Source: Candidatus Latescibacterota bacterium (GTDB lineage: Bacteria; Latescibacterota; UBA2968; UBA8231). From it: a stretch of 64,000 nucleotides of DNA. Below are positions 26,534 to 35,951 of the stretch, piece by piece; positions within the stretch are counted from its first letter, which is position 1; each line of letters begins with the position of its first letter. A program made the position numbers and the translations under genes. The notes beneath the pieces are model-generated. The model searched no databases and was not told where the DNA came from. It saw nothing but the letters and a program-made list of their open reading frames with translations. The stretch lies in the NCBI GenBank assembly GCA_965203175.1, contig OZ241867.1, positions 3,360,001 to 3,424,000 on the forward strand, read 5' to 3'.

Positions 26534-27697
26534 ATGCTTACGGAACGCATCGTGCGAGACGCGAAACCAGACGGCCAAAAGGTGCGGATTTTGTGGGATA
26601 GCCAAGTCAAGGGGCTTGGCCTCAGAGTCAGCACGGCGGGCACCAAGGCGTATGTCTTGAGCTATAGAATCAACGGGCGCAAACGCATAGCGACCCTTGC
26701 CCGCGCTTCGGAAATCAGCCTGAAGCGAGTACGCGAACTGGCAGGGGATCAACTGGTACGTATTCGGATGGGGGAGCTTGACCCGCTGGCCAATCGGCAA
26801 GAGGCCCAACAAGCTCCAACAGTGGCCGATGGACTGCGCCGGTTCTTCGACGAGTTTGTCCCGGCACGTATAGAAATGGGCCGCTTGAGTCCGCGCACTG
26901 TGACGGACTACCGCAAGCAGGCGCGGAGGTATATTGAGTCGTTGGGCAAACTCAAAATTGGCGAGGTTACAAGGGATCACGTAGAGCGGATGGTTGCCCC
27001 CCTGCCCAAGGTACAACGCAATCGGACGCTGGCGTTTTGCTCACGGCTTTTTAACCAGTTCGAGCGTTGGGACTTGCGACCACAGTATTCCAATCCTTGC
27101 CGTGGCATTGAGCGGACAAGAGAGACGCCCCGCGACCGGGTACTGTCGCCGTCCGAACTGGCCGCACTCGCCAAGGCGCTGAACCAGCACGAAGAACAAT
27201 ACCCCGCGTCTGTGGCAGCGATCCGAGTGGCGGCACTGACCGGGCTGCGGATCGGGGAGGTTTTGGGCATCCAATGGAACCACATCGACTTTGAGACGGG
27301 GCGGCTGACACTGCCGGAGACGAAGACCGGGCGGCGGGGCCATGACCTTCCAGCGCCAGCACTCGCGCTTCTTGCCGAGCTTCCCCGGTTTAGTACATGG
27401 GTGTTCACTACAACGGGAACGGCACCAACCACCTATCGCACGGTGCGGACCCACTTTGCCAAGATCGCCGCTGCTGCTGGTATAGAGGAAGTGAGACTGC
27501 ATGACCTGCGGCGCACAGTGATGACACGGGCGGCCGCCTCGGGTGTTAGCACGCATGTCCTGCGCGACTTGCTCGGACACGAGACAACGGAGATGGCCGA
27601 CCGCTATATCCGTGCTGTTGGCGACCCGGTCCGCGCCGCCCGCGAGCAGGTCGGAGCCGAGATGGCCGCCCTGATGTGGAGCAGCGAGGACGGCTAG
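26534..27697 (+). CDS. Tyrosine recombinase/integrase with arm-binding N-terminal domain (P4-like)
   Basis: LWDSQVKGLGLRVS.AGTKAYV N-terminus; TGLRIGE, TKTG, LHDLRRT, LLGH, RY catalytic residues; adjacent to a tRNA att site. Confidence 0.95.
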   Translation: MLTERIVRDAKPDGQKVRILWDSQVKGLGLRVSTAGTKAYVLSYRINGRKRIATLARASEISLKRVRELAGDQLVRIRMGELDPLANRQEAQQAPTVADGLRRFFDEFVPARIEMGRLSPRTVTDYRKQARRYIESLGKLKIGEVTRDHVERMVAPLPKVQRNRTLAFCSRLFNQFERWDLRPQYSNPCRGIERTRETPRDRVLSPSELAALAKALNQHEEQYPASVAAIRVAALTGLRIGEVLGIQWNHIDFETGRLTLPETKTGRRGHDLPAPALALLAELPRFSTWVFTTTGTAPTTYRTVRTHFAKIAAAAGIEEVRLHDLRRTVMTRAAASGVSTHVLRDLLGHETTEMADRYIRAVGDPVRAAREQVGAEMAALMWSSEDG

Positions 27698-28053
27698 GTT
27701 GTGTCGATAGGGTGTCGTCTTGGTTGATCCTGGAGGCTATGCCCCCTTCAAGCGGGGCGAAAAGTGTCTGTTGACCAAAAAATCTGCGGCTTGACTTTCA
27801 AACTAGCCCACTTCCCGAAAAACCTTTGTGGGCTAGTTTATTGCAGGACAAGAAGTTGGCACAGTTTTTGCCAAGGGGAACTTTACATATTGACATTTTT
27901 GGGGCGAAATCGGGAAAGTGATAATTATTCGTTTTGAAATGGAACTTGACTGAGTTTTTTTCTTTGCTTTGTGGGCTAGTGTTTTCAAATATCGTTGTGG
28001 TTCTTTAGAAATAGTCTCATAAAATCCCCTTTTTTTAATCCTTGGTTCTCTAA

Positions 28054-28983
28054 GAAGCCGTCTGAAAACCCTTGCTGTGGTCTGAATTTGAAACGGCGTA
28101 CTCATCGGGCCATATTCAGGTTTCACGACAAAATCTGAATAGAAAGGCTCTTATGATGAGTACGCCGCGAATGCAATATGCTACCGATGTAACCGATGCG
28201 CAATGGCAGCGGATCGAACCGTTACTGCCGGCTCCGAGGTGGTGGCCGAACGGTCCGGGTCGGCCCCCGCGGGATCGCCGCCAGATGGTCAATGGCCTTT
28301 TGTATTTGACCAAGACGGGGTGTCCTTGGGCGTTGTTGCCTATTTGTTTTGGGCCGTGGAAAACCGTGTATGATTACTTTCGTCGCTGGACGCTCCAAGG
28401 GGTCTGGCCGCAGGTGTTGGATCAACTCAGCCAACGGGAACGTCGCCGACAAGGCCGGGTATCCACGCCGTCGGCAGGCTGTATCGACAGTCAGACAATT
28501 AAGACGGCAACCCAAGGTAAAACAACCGGATATGACGCCGGCAAAAAGATTCAAGGACGCAAGCGGCATCTGTTGGTTGACACCTCGGGCTTGCTTAGAC
28601 AGGTGGTGGTTACCGCCGCCGATGTCGACGACCGCGACGGCCTAAAGCAGGTGTTGACCCGCTATAGTACCCCCGACGTACCCCGCTTGCGCAAACTGTG
28701 GGTCGATGGGGGCTACCAAGGTGAGGCGATCCGAACGTGGGTAGCCGACATAAAAAAGACGCACAAGATTGACTTGGAAGTCGTCGCCAAACAAGGCGGT
28801 GGATTTACCGTACTCAAACGGCGTTGGGTCGTTGAGCGTACGTTTGCGTGGTTGATGAATTTTCGTCGTCATGCGAGAGATTATGAGGTGTTGACCTGCC
28901 ATAGTGAGGCCTTGATTCAGATTGCCATGATCCACTTGATACTCAAACGGATCAAGTGAAAAATATAGTTTTCAGACGGCTTC
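28054..28983 (+). mobile_element. IS5-family (IS1031-like) insertion sequence
   Basis: Perfect 16-bp terminal IRs GAAGCCGTCTGAAAAC / GTTTTCAGACGGCTTC, flanked by TAA and TTA; single transposase ORF. Confidence 0.93.
28153..28959 (+). CDS. IS5-family DDE transposase
   Basis: TDAQWQRIEPLLP, TGCPWALLP, IDSQTIK, GYDAGKKIQGRKRHLLVD, WVDGGY, RWVVERTFAW. Confidence 0.95.
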   Translation: MMSTPRMQYATDVTDAQWQRIEPLLPAPRWWPNGPGRPPRDRRQMVNGLLYLTKTGCPWALLPICFGPWKTVYDYFRRWTLQGVWPQVLDQLSQRERRRQGRVSTPSAGCIDSQTIKTATQGKTTGYDAGKKIQGRKRHLLVDTSGLLRQVVVTAADVDDRDGLKQVLTRYSTPDVPRLRKLWVDGGYQGEAIRTWVADIKKTHKIDLEVVAKQGGGFTVLKRRWVVERTFAWLMNFRRHARDYEVLTCHSEALIQIAMIHLILKRIK

Positions 28984-29049
28984 TTAGAGGAAGGGCAGCG
29001 GGTAGAAGTAGAAGACACGGCAATTTACCCCTAGAAAGGATGTTGACTG

Positions 29050-29292
29050 ATGCCTTCCGTATCTAATATAGTTCCGCCGATCCGTCCCGGCCAGTACACA
29101 CCGCTTTCCTCTGACCGCTTTACCCCCGCTGATCCAGACGCTTTCACGCCTACACCCGAGGGTAGTTTCCGGCCGATTCAGGGAGAGTTGGAGCCTGTGC
29201 CCGAGGGGAGCTTTAAGAAGATTGAGGGCGGATTTACGCCGCTGGAGGAGATACCGTTAGAGCAGCGTTACTTGAGAGTTTGGGAGGGATAG
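29050..29292 (+). CDS. Small hypothetical protein with 7-8 aa periodic motif
   Basis: RBS GAAAGGA; repeated xPxxxxF units. Confidence 0.55.
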   Translation: MPSVSNIVPPIRPGQYTPLSSDRFTPADPDAFTPTPEGSFRPIQGELEPVPEGSFKKIEGGFTPLEEIPLEQRYLRVWEG

Positions 29293-29305
29293 AACAGCTT
29301 TAATT

Positions 29306-29497
29306 CTAAGGTCCTTGAGCCTGAATCCTGTCAGCGATAGCCCTTAAATCTCTTGCTGCACTACTATGTGAATTAAATCGCTGAAAAAATTGTTTTCTGT
29401 CTTTTGTTTGCCATAAAACAAGAATGTTTTTTTCCGACCTTTTTACTCCAACAAATTTAATCTCATTTTCTCTAAGGACTTGATTGGTCGAGGCCAT
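29306..29497 (-). CDS. Small hypothetical protein (63 aa)
   Basis: RBS GAAAGGA before ATG 29497; MASTNQVLRENEIKFVG... Confidence 0.5.
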   Translation of the reverse strand: MASTNQVLRENEIKFVGVKRSEKNILVLWQTKDRKQFFQRFNSHSSAARDLRAIADRIQAQGP

Positions 29498-29927
29498 AGT
29501 ATAATCCTTTCTGTCTTCTGGACGATTCCAGGTAGGTCCGGGCCGATGGATAAATTTTCTCGGCGGGGGAAAGGCCCTGCTCGAACTGATGAGCGAGGGC
29601 CTTTCCTTTTTCGCGTTGCTACGCTTTCCATTGAGAGAACGATAACAGACCCCATTCGAGTCGTCAAGTTCTAAAAAAATAGCGATCTCCCGCATCTTCG
29701 TAGGAGGTCGCTTTTTTATTTTTGGCGCTGGTCCTGTATATTTGGACCGATCTTTTTTTTAAGCCCAACAAAAAACCGAGGTTCCTGTTAGCAGGCAGAA
29801 ACCTCGGATTAACCAAAAGGACACTTCTCTATGTCTGAGATAAATATAGAGGGACTTGCCCTTTTCAGCAATCTGCTTCTTTCCCTCAAAAAGCCGCAGT
29901 ATCATCACTAGCGAAAGGACGAAGACC

Positions 29928-30596
29928 ATGTTGCGAATACTACTTGTAGGAACCTTGCTAGCCACGCCTTTGTCGGCCGATGATTTGGTTGGGGGGTGGA
30001 GTGTTTGGGACTCTGACGCAGGAGATGTTATTCTTGATCTGTACGACGACAGGACGTTCTATCTGGCTATATATCCATCGGAGTCGTTTTCTGAGGTTAT
30101 TGTCGATAACGTCCTCCGATTTTTTGTTCCCTATACTTTGGCCGAGCTAACTGACAGCGGAATGCGAGAGACGGTTGTACAGTATATAGAGATGAATGGC
30201 ACGTATTCCGGGGTAGGCGATACGTTGCAACTTCATCATCCAGAGGGAGCTATACACAACATCGACGGGCATGAGTTCAATACTTGGGAACTTGTGACCT
30301 TCTTGGCCTCTTCTATATTGGCAGGGGCGGATCTAGAGTTGAGCGATGGATATAAAGAGCATTTGATATTCCTCGCAGATGCCTATATGGTCGAAGTGAT
30401 GTTAGACGAAGCCTTGCTTACAACGAAGCTAGGATATGATCTAAGCGAAGGTGATTTGACCTCGCTGACACTGTACGGCCTAATGGGTAAAGAAGAGACG
30501 ACTTTGGATTGGCGAGGAACGCTGATAGAACGAACGGCGACGGGAGTGGAGGGAGCTACATGGGGTGAGATAAAATCGTCGTTGCCTTTCCGATAA
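29928..30596 (+). CDS. Secreted protein with C-terminal TWGxIK motif
   Basis: RBS GAAAGGA, signal peptide MLRILLVGTLLATPLSA; ends TATGVEGATWGEIKSSLPFR. Confidence 0.75.
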   Translation: MLRILLVGTLLATPLSADDLVGGWSVWDSDAGDVILDLYDDRTFYLAIYPSESFSEVIVDNVLRFFVPYTLAELTDSGMRETVVQYIEMNGTYSGVGDTLQLHHPEGAIHNIDGHEFNTWELVTFLASSILAGADLELSDGYKEHLIFLADAYMVEVMLDEALLTTKLGYDLSEGDLTSLTLYGLMGKEETTLDWRGTLIERTATGVEGATWGEIKSSLPFR

Positions 30597-30606
30597 ACGA
30601 AGAAGT

Positions 30607-30640
30607 GGCCTCCTGCGAAGATGCAGGAGGCCGCTTTTTT
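30607..30640 (+). terminator. Rho-independent terminator
   Basis: GGCCTCCTGC-N6-GCAGGAGGCC followed by GCTTTTTT. Confidence 0.8.
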
Positions 30641-30666
30641 CTGCTCAAGTAAAAATCAAGTTCTTT

Positions 30667-31518
30667 TCAGAAGTCGTAAATGACGATTAGAACGTTGTGT
30701 TCGTAAACGACTTCTTCTACTCTGCCGTCGATCACGAAAAGAGTCACGAGCCATTCGCCGCTTTTGGTAGGTGAACCGGAATATGCCGGCCTGTTTGTCT
30801 GGAAAATTGTATCGTAATGCCAAGTGAAGTAAATTTCATCGGGGAGCGCGGTGTGTTCGTAGGAGGACCAGGGGAGCAGTTCAGGGGGGACGAAGGGGAG
30901 ATAGGTAAAGCTCTCGCCGATTCGGTTGCGAAAAGTTTCTATTTCTGGCTCTTCCTCTGGCGTCTCGTCCGGTTCTTCTTCCTCTGGCGTCTCGTCCGGT
31001 TCTTCTTCTGGTGGCGCTGCGGGAAAGGTGCCTTGGTAGACGGCCGAGGGAAACCCGTAGAGCGTTCGCTTGCCGCGCGACGTGCGGAACGGATAAGCTA
31101 CAAGCCCTAAGCTGTAAGCGGGTTCCGCTTGGTATCCTTCAAGTTCTCCGAGGCCAGCATTGTCAGGGTCAACCCATCGTTGAAGGCGAGTAGCTGGAAA
31201 TTTCTGCGGGACCCGGAGCCAACCGGAGGCCGTAGGATCGGCGGCGACCCATACGGTGTCGGATTCGATTAGAGCGATTCCGGCCGTGTCTGTGGCCGTA
31301 CATGCGCTGATAGCCTCACAACCCCCATGTGCTAGGTCATGGCCCCAACGGTCGCAGTAGGCCCGCCAGAAGGCTTGATCTCGACAATAGAGGGAGTCCG
31401 GGCCAACGGGGACTTCTCCAACTGTAATTTTTCCGCTGCTCAAAGGAGCTAGCGTCTTCGAGTCATCTATCCCGCAGGCAGACAACATCAAGCTCAAAAG
31501 AAAAAGCAGTTGTTGCAT
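30667..31518 (-). CDS. Hypothetical lipoprotein with acidic EEEPDETP linker repeat
   Basis: Lipobox LSAC; 27-bp duplication at 30950-31003; RBS AGGAAGG. Confidence 0.75.
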   Translation of the reverse strand: MQQLLFLLSLMLSACGIDDSKTLAPLSSGKITVGEVPVGPDSLYCRDQAFWRAYCDRWGHDLAHGGCEAISACTATDTAGIALIESDTVWVAADPTASGWLRVPQKFPATRLQRWVDPDNAGLGELEGYQAEPAYSLGLVAYPFRTSRGKRTLYGFPSAVYQGTFPAAPPEEEPDETPEEEEPDETPEEEPEIETFRNRIGESFTYLPFVPPELLPWSSYEHTALPDEIYFTWHYDTIFQTNRPAYSGSPTKSGEWLVTLFVIDGRVEEVVYEHNVLIVIYDF

Positions 31519-31676
31519 AATTTTCCTTCCTAGTGTGGTGGAGACGCCGGCATTTTTGCCGGATTTTTCCAGGATAGTGCCGACGACTCGAATAGGCAGG
31601 GCATCGCATGGCTTGTACCCCTTCCTACCTTGCGCTGAGCCGCCGACACGTTAAAAGCGTTGTTTCGATAGGGTGT

Positions 31677-31886
31677 TTACTGGTGGGCTTCTTCGATCTC
31701 GTTTAGGAGGTCGGTGGTGGCCCTGGTGAGCATCTTTAGGAGAGTCTTTTCGTCTTGGCAGGAGAGTGTGATTCCTTCGCGGATCGGCGTTTTCCCGTCC
31801 TCTTCGATGCAGCCTTGAATCTCAATCTCTTTCGGGCTTTTTAGGACGAGGGCATCTAGGGTGAATCTCTGCGTTGAATTACTCAT
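31677..31886 (-). CDS. Small hypothetical protein coupled to IS1-like transposase 3' end
   Basis: ATG 31886 overlaps the transposase end; MSNSTQRFTLDALVLK... Confidence 0.5.
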   Translation of the reverse strand: MSNSTQRFTLDALVLKSPKEIEIQGCIEEDGKTPIREGITLSCQDEKTLLKMLTRATTDLLNEIEEAHQ

Positions 31887-32420
31887 CAGTCTTTTTTTTA
31901 CCCGTTTTGTATTTCTTCGGCCGTTTGGGTTTCGGCCAGGCTTCATCCACCATGTCAAGGAGCCAGTCTAGGTCGTAGAGCTTGTCGGTGACGCCTGCGG
32001 CCATCGCTGGTGTGATCCTCAACGAAGAGTGAATCCGAATGAAATTGTAGTGCAGGAAGTGGAGAGCGACCGCGAGCGCGTGGTTCTCCATCTTCTTTGA
32101 AAAGGCGTTCGTCTTCCGGGTGTAGCGGCGCGAGGACATCCGCAAGGTGTAATTCTGCCGCTCGATCAGCGTGGTTGAGACGTGCTTTGTATTCGGGTTT
32201 CCCGAGATGATTTCCTTGGAAATCTCGACCTTCATTTTTCGTTGGGAAAAGACCTTGTGGAGGACGCCGTAGTCCACGTCATCGCCGAAGACCTCGGCGA
32301 TGGCCTCTAGGTAGGCTGCGTATCCGTCCGTGCTCAACTGGACACGGTTGGACAACCGGCTTTCTAGGTCTTCTAGAAATTCGACGGCCGTTTCGACCGA
32401 GCGGTCCCCGATTCTCCATC
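31879..32420 (-). pseudogene. IS1-family-like DDE transposase, 5'-truncated
   Basis: WRIGDRS...QLSTDG...YLEAI, STTLIERQNYTLRM..RRYTRKTNAFSKK, HYNFIRIH...TPAMAAGVTD; N-terminal part absent. Confidence 0.82.
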
Positions 32421-32589
32421 TAAAGAATCCGATGAGCTTTGGAAAAAAATAATAAAAAGAGCCGAAGGGAAATGCGAGTATTGCAAGAAAAACTTATTTA
32501 ATTCGGCGGAAAATTATCTCTTGGCCCAATGGGATGCTATAATTCCCGAGTCTCTTGGAGGAATGCATGATTATGAAAACAGTGCTCTT
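32419..32589 (+). pseudogene. HNH endonuclease fragment paralogous to 61300-61704
   Basis: KRAEGKCEYCKKNLFNSAENYLLAQWDAIIPESLGGMHDYENSAL, cut by a MITE. Confidence 0.65.
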
Positions 32590-32590
32590 A

Positions 32591-32713
32591 GAGCCTATAC
32601 GAAAATTGCTTTCCTGTTGATAAGAAGGCCTTGGCAACCTACGCTCTCCTCACCTATTGACCCTCAACCAAGTCCGAATTGTCGAACGGTTGAGATAATT
32701 TTCGTATAGGCTC
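32591..32713. mobile_element. 123-bp MITE with IS5-type ends
   Basis: Perfect 17-bp IR GAGCCTATACGAAAATT / AATTTTCGTATAGGCTC, flanked by TTA and TAA. Confidence 0.8.
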
Positions 32714-32758
32714 TAAGTCCCGATGGACTCTTCCAGGCAAGAGACAACGATTTTGAGG

Positions 32759-32788
32759 AAGCCCTGATACTCATCAGTATCAGGGCTT
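32759..32788. terminator. Hairpin, probable terminator of the HNH gene
   Basis: AAGCCCTGATACT-N4-AGTATCAGGGCTT. Confidence 0.6.
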
Positions 32789-32810
32789 ATGTCTACACTT
32801 TCTCTAAATT

Positions 32811-33974
32811 TCAAACTCCACGATTGGAACATAAATGCTCAATGAAGGGCTCAAGTCTCTCTATGAGCAAACGAACAATATTCTCTCTATGTTCGTCCGA
32901 AATCCTTTCCCCTGGCTGAGCACCACAGTTGGCGAAGGCATATTTCAAGGCATCAGCACTAGCATTAGAAATTGCGTTTCTCACCGACTTTTCCATATAG
33001 AATTCCAACAGATCGCCAATCGCGGACTCAAATTTTTCCAAGTCCAAATTCTTGTATGAGTAGGTCGCAACAATCTCTTCTGGAGTAAGAGCTAGGTTAA
33101 CCTTGATGTCCAATTCATTTCCGCTAATGGGATCGATAGCATAACACCGAGAAAAACTCTCACCGTCGTAGTTGCTCGACAAGCACAGCACAATTCGCTG
33201 GAAGCCAAAGTATTCCACGTATCCCAGAACTTGGCGAGATTCAGGATCGCCTCGCACGAAAACACAATGAAAAAATACCCTCTTAGGACGATTTAGAACG
33301 AGATCCGTAGCATTATAGTATCCAAAACATGGTTCACCATTGGCTAACAAATAGTCATGCGCGTGTTCGCAATCGATGAGATGGAGCCCTATATCCGAGG
33401 TAAGTGCGAGACATGACTTAACAATTGAGCGACCGGCTATCTCTCCTCCGAAAGTAAGTGGTATAGATAGTGGATCTTCGAGATATTCCCTTCGTGGGGC
33501 TGCCTTCTCTAACACTTGGTCTATATCGAGATTTGGATATTTCCTAACCAAACCCGGCAGCATCTTTTTCAACTCTTTTATGGATGAGGTGCGAATTTTT
33601 ACTTCTGTTTGATCGCCCAAGGCTCGCTCGGTGAAGACTGTTTCGCGCATGTTCATTCGTCCATCCGCGTGGATAAGAATTTTATCGCCCCCCACGGTTT
33701 CAACCAGAACAGGCTGATTCTCACCCCGCTGACGCCGAATATTCAGCAACGTGCAGAGGGGCTTCAGTTGCGTAACGAGTTCATGGTCCCATTCTGCACC
33801 GGTTGTACTGTTACAATCTTTGCAGATAAAATTGTACACGGTTTTCTTCCCGCCTATCGCGTTCGGAATGACGTGTTCTTTACTGCCGTTCTTATTACGG
33901 ATCGGTGTATTGCAGAGAGCACAGCACTTCTCTTGATCGATTTTCTCAGTTATGTCAGTAACTTGCGTAGACAC
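32811..33974 (-). CDS. Stand-alone HNH endonuclease with large C-terminal region (candidate defence)
   Basis: CALC...SKEHVIPNAIGG...ICKDCNS; lower GC; start GTG 33974 with RBS AAGGAG. Confidence 0.82.
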   Translation of the reverse strand: MSTQVTDITEKIDQEKCCALCNTPIRNKNGSKEHVIPNAIGGKKTVYNFICKDCNSTTGAEWDHELVTQLKPLCTLLNIRRQRGENQPVLVETVGGDKILIHADGRMNMRETVFTERALGDQTEVKIRTSSIKELKKMLPGLVRKYPNLDIDQVLEKAAPRREYLEDPLSIPLTFGGEIAGRSIVKSCLALTSDIGLHLIDCEHAHDYLLANGEPCFGYYNATDLVLNRPKRVFFHCVFVRGDPESRQVLGYVEYFGFQRIVLCLSSNYDGESFSRCYAIDPISGNELDIKVNLALTPEEIVATYSYKNLDLEKFESAIGDLLEFYMEKSVRNAISNASADALKYAFANCGAQPGERISDEHRENIVRLLIERLEPFIEHLCSNRGV

Positions 33975-34764
33975 AGTTGTCTCCTTACTAATCTTGCCAT
34001 TGGTCTCAAGGGCTAGTGAGCAGTCCTCGCTCGTCGATGGAAACATATAAAGAGGGCCTTGGGGGGGATTTTTGTCAAGGTACTGAGCCCGTTCAAGGAT
34101 TAGGCCAGATCCCCCGCGGTACTTGGCCCGTTTCCCGTCCTTGGTTGCCGATCCGTGTCGCCCCGTGCAGAGATGGGCCAGAAAATCGTCCGCTTTTGAC
34201 TTGAATGGTGCCCAGTTGCCCGCTCACCTTCTCCGGCCGACAATCCGGGAAGATCGACGAGGCCCGCACCGGCCACCGCGCTCGAGATCAAGCGTCCTCA
34301 GCCGCATGGCCCTGCAGGTGCATACGACCGCGACCAGAGTATTGCCGCTCAGACCGCTTAACTTGCCGAAGATCCGCCGCGGTGGGATGTGCTATGGTGT
34401 GGGGGCGTTCCGATTGAGTTGAGCCAGAGCACCGAGAAGAGCTGGCCGCTGCAGTGGCGCGCTCGACGCCTCGTAAGCAGATCCACACAAAGGCCGCTGA
34501 AATGCCTGAAACACAAACTAAATGGCCGGAGACCCCAAAAAGCCGCTCTGCACGTCAAATCAGTATACAAAATCGTCAGTTGATGCTGATTGGACGAATT
34601 CCGCGAAGGCCGGCCGGAGCAGCCCCGCTTGGTCGGTCGCACGCACGTGAGAATTCGCCCTGTCTTGGCGAAAAGCACCCATACTCGCGCATAACTTATT
34701 GTATTGCAACACCTTAAACGGCGCACGCGGTCGAGAACTACCCCCTCGTTGACCCACACCGAAA

Positions 34765-34951
34765 CCCCGCTACATCAGATCACTAGCCAAAATCATCAGC
34801 TCACCTGATGACCTGAAGATGCAGGCCTAGCCCACGTCCCCCATTATACGCCGTCCACAATCGACCGGAGCGCGGCGCTAACTGCAAACCTGCCCACACG
34901 TCCGCTCTTGCCTCTCGACCCTTGCCCCGCGTGGACAGCTTCAACCCGCCG
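34765..34951. repeat. Diverged ~185-bp non-coding direct repeat, copy 1 (copy 2 at 45868-46052)
   Basis: Shared blocks CCCCGCTACATCAG, CCTGA(T/C)GACCTGAAG, TACGCCGTCCA, GCGGCGCTAACTGC, TTGCCCCGC, GTGGACA in the same order. Confidence 0.8.
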
Positions 34952-34961
34952 CGGCCTAGCG

Positions 34962-35135
34962 ATGAACACGTCCGATCCGGTTGAGGAGTTGCTAGCAAAG
35001 GCCGACGCGCTGCGCACCGAGGCGGCCCGCTTGTTCCGGCTGGGCAGTATCGGCGCTGGACGCCGGTTGATTGCCGAGGCCGAAGGGTACGAGATCCGCG
35101 CGCACCGGCTGGAGAGCGAGCGAGAGTATACTTGA
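34962..35135 (+). CDS. Small helical hypothetical protein
   Basis: MNTSDPVEELLAKADALRTEAARLF...; weak support. Confidence 0.4.
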   Translation: MNTSDPVEELLAKADALRTEAARLFRLGSIGAGRRLIAEAEGYEIRAHRLESEREYT

Positions 35136-35394
35136 ATTCGGAGAGACGGACCCGACGCCAGGCCGGAAATCGTGCGCGATCCGGTGCGGTTGCAGCCGCG
35201 CTGTACCCGATGGCGACCGCATCAGCGGTATCAAGGATTGTCGGATTTGCTGCGGCGGGCACCGGCGCACACCAAAGCGCAAGGCGACCCGCCTGCGGCG
35301 AGGGTGAAGGCCCACTATTGACCTACCTTGTAGGTCGGAGGGTAGAGGCGAAAATCTCGGTAGTGGTTCAGTTTGAAAAATCAGGTGTATAACT

Positions 35395-35949
35395 CTAACG
35401 GATCATCGGTCCGCCGGTTATAACTGGATCCTTTATCGACGACTGGATTTGGTTGAAAATCTGTGAGAGAACAGTGCTTTCTAGTACCCCCAAGGAAACG
35501 CAAGGTGCTGTAAATTCTACACCGGTCACCCAATTTTTTCTTTTTTCCCAAAAATGTGAATTAACAATAAGCTCTGGGTTCTGGCCCGTAGTTTTAAGGT
35601 ACAAATTAAATCTAAGGGAACGTCCCTTTGGAAAAGAAGACCAATTGGGTCGTCCACAATCAGCGAGATCTTCGGCTTCAAACATCGAAAAGTGAATCCA
35701 ATCTGATACGATTATGCCGGATTCTTTTTCCAGGGTAGTGATGGTCCAATTGTTTTCCGCAAATAAATTTATGATGCTGCTCCATACAACAGCAGGATCC
35801 GTATCGGCGAAAACTTGACTCTTTCTAATCGACTGATGAGAAGGCGGAACAGCGACACAGCCGACGAAAAAGATAAAAATTATACTGATTTTACTGGTCA
35901 AAATCAGTGAATTCTTTCTCTTCGTCAGGTATTCCAGTATTGAGGACAT
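35395..35949 (-). CDS. Putative lipoprotein (BamC-like helix-grip)
   Basis: Hydrophobic stretch ending FVGC; VWSSIINLF...LEKESGIIVSDW; starts 2 bp after the LRR gene stop. Confidence 0.65.
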   Translation of the reverse strand: MSSILEYLTKRKNSLILTSKISIIFIFFVGCVAVPPSHQSIRKSQVFADTDPAVVWSSIINLFAENNWTITTLEKESGIIVSDWIHFSMFEAEDLADCGRPNWSSFPKGRSLRFNLYLKTTGQNPELIVNSHFWEKRKNWVTGVEFTAPCVSLGVLESTVLSQIFNQIQSSIKDPVITGGPMIR

Positions 35950-35951
35950 TT

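Noticed and set aside
26534-27697. Integron integrase with attC cassettes
   Set aside because: Has an arm-binding N-terminus and no evident IntI insertion; no repeated RYYYAAC...GTTRRRY attC sites seen by eye
34804-34830. Hammerhead ribozyme (CTGATGA followed by a stem)
   Set aside because: The required GAAA after stem II is absent in both repeat copies
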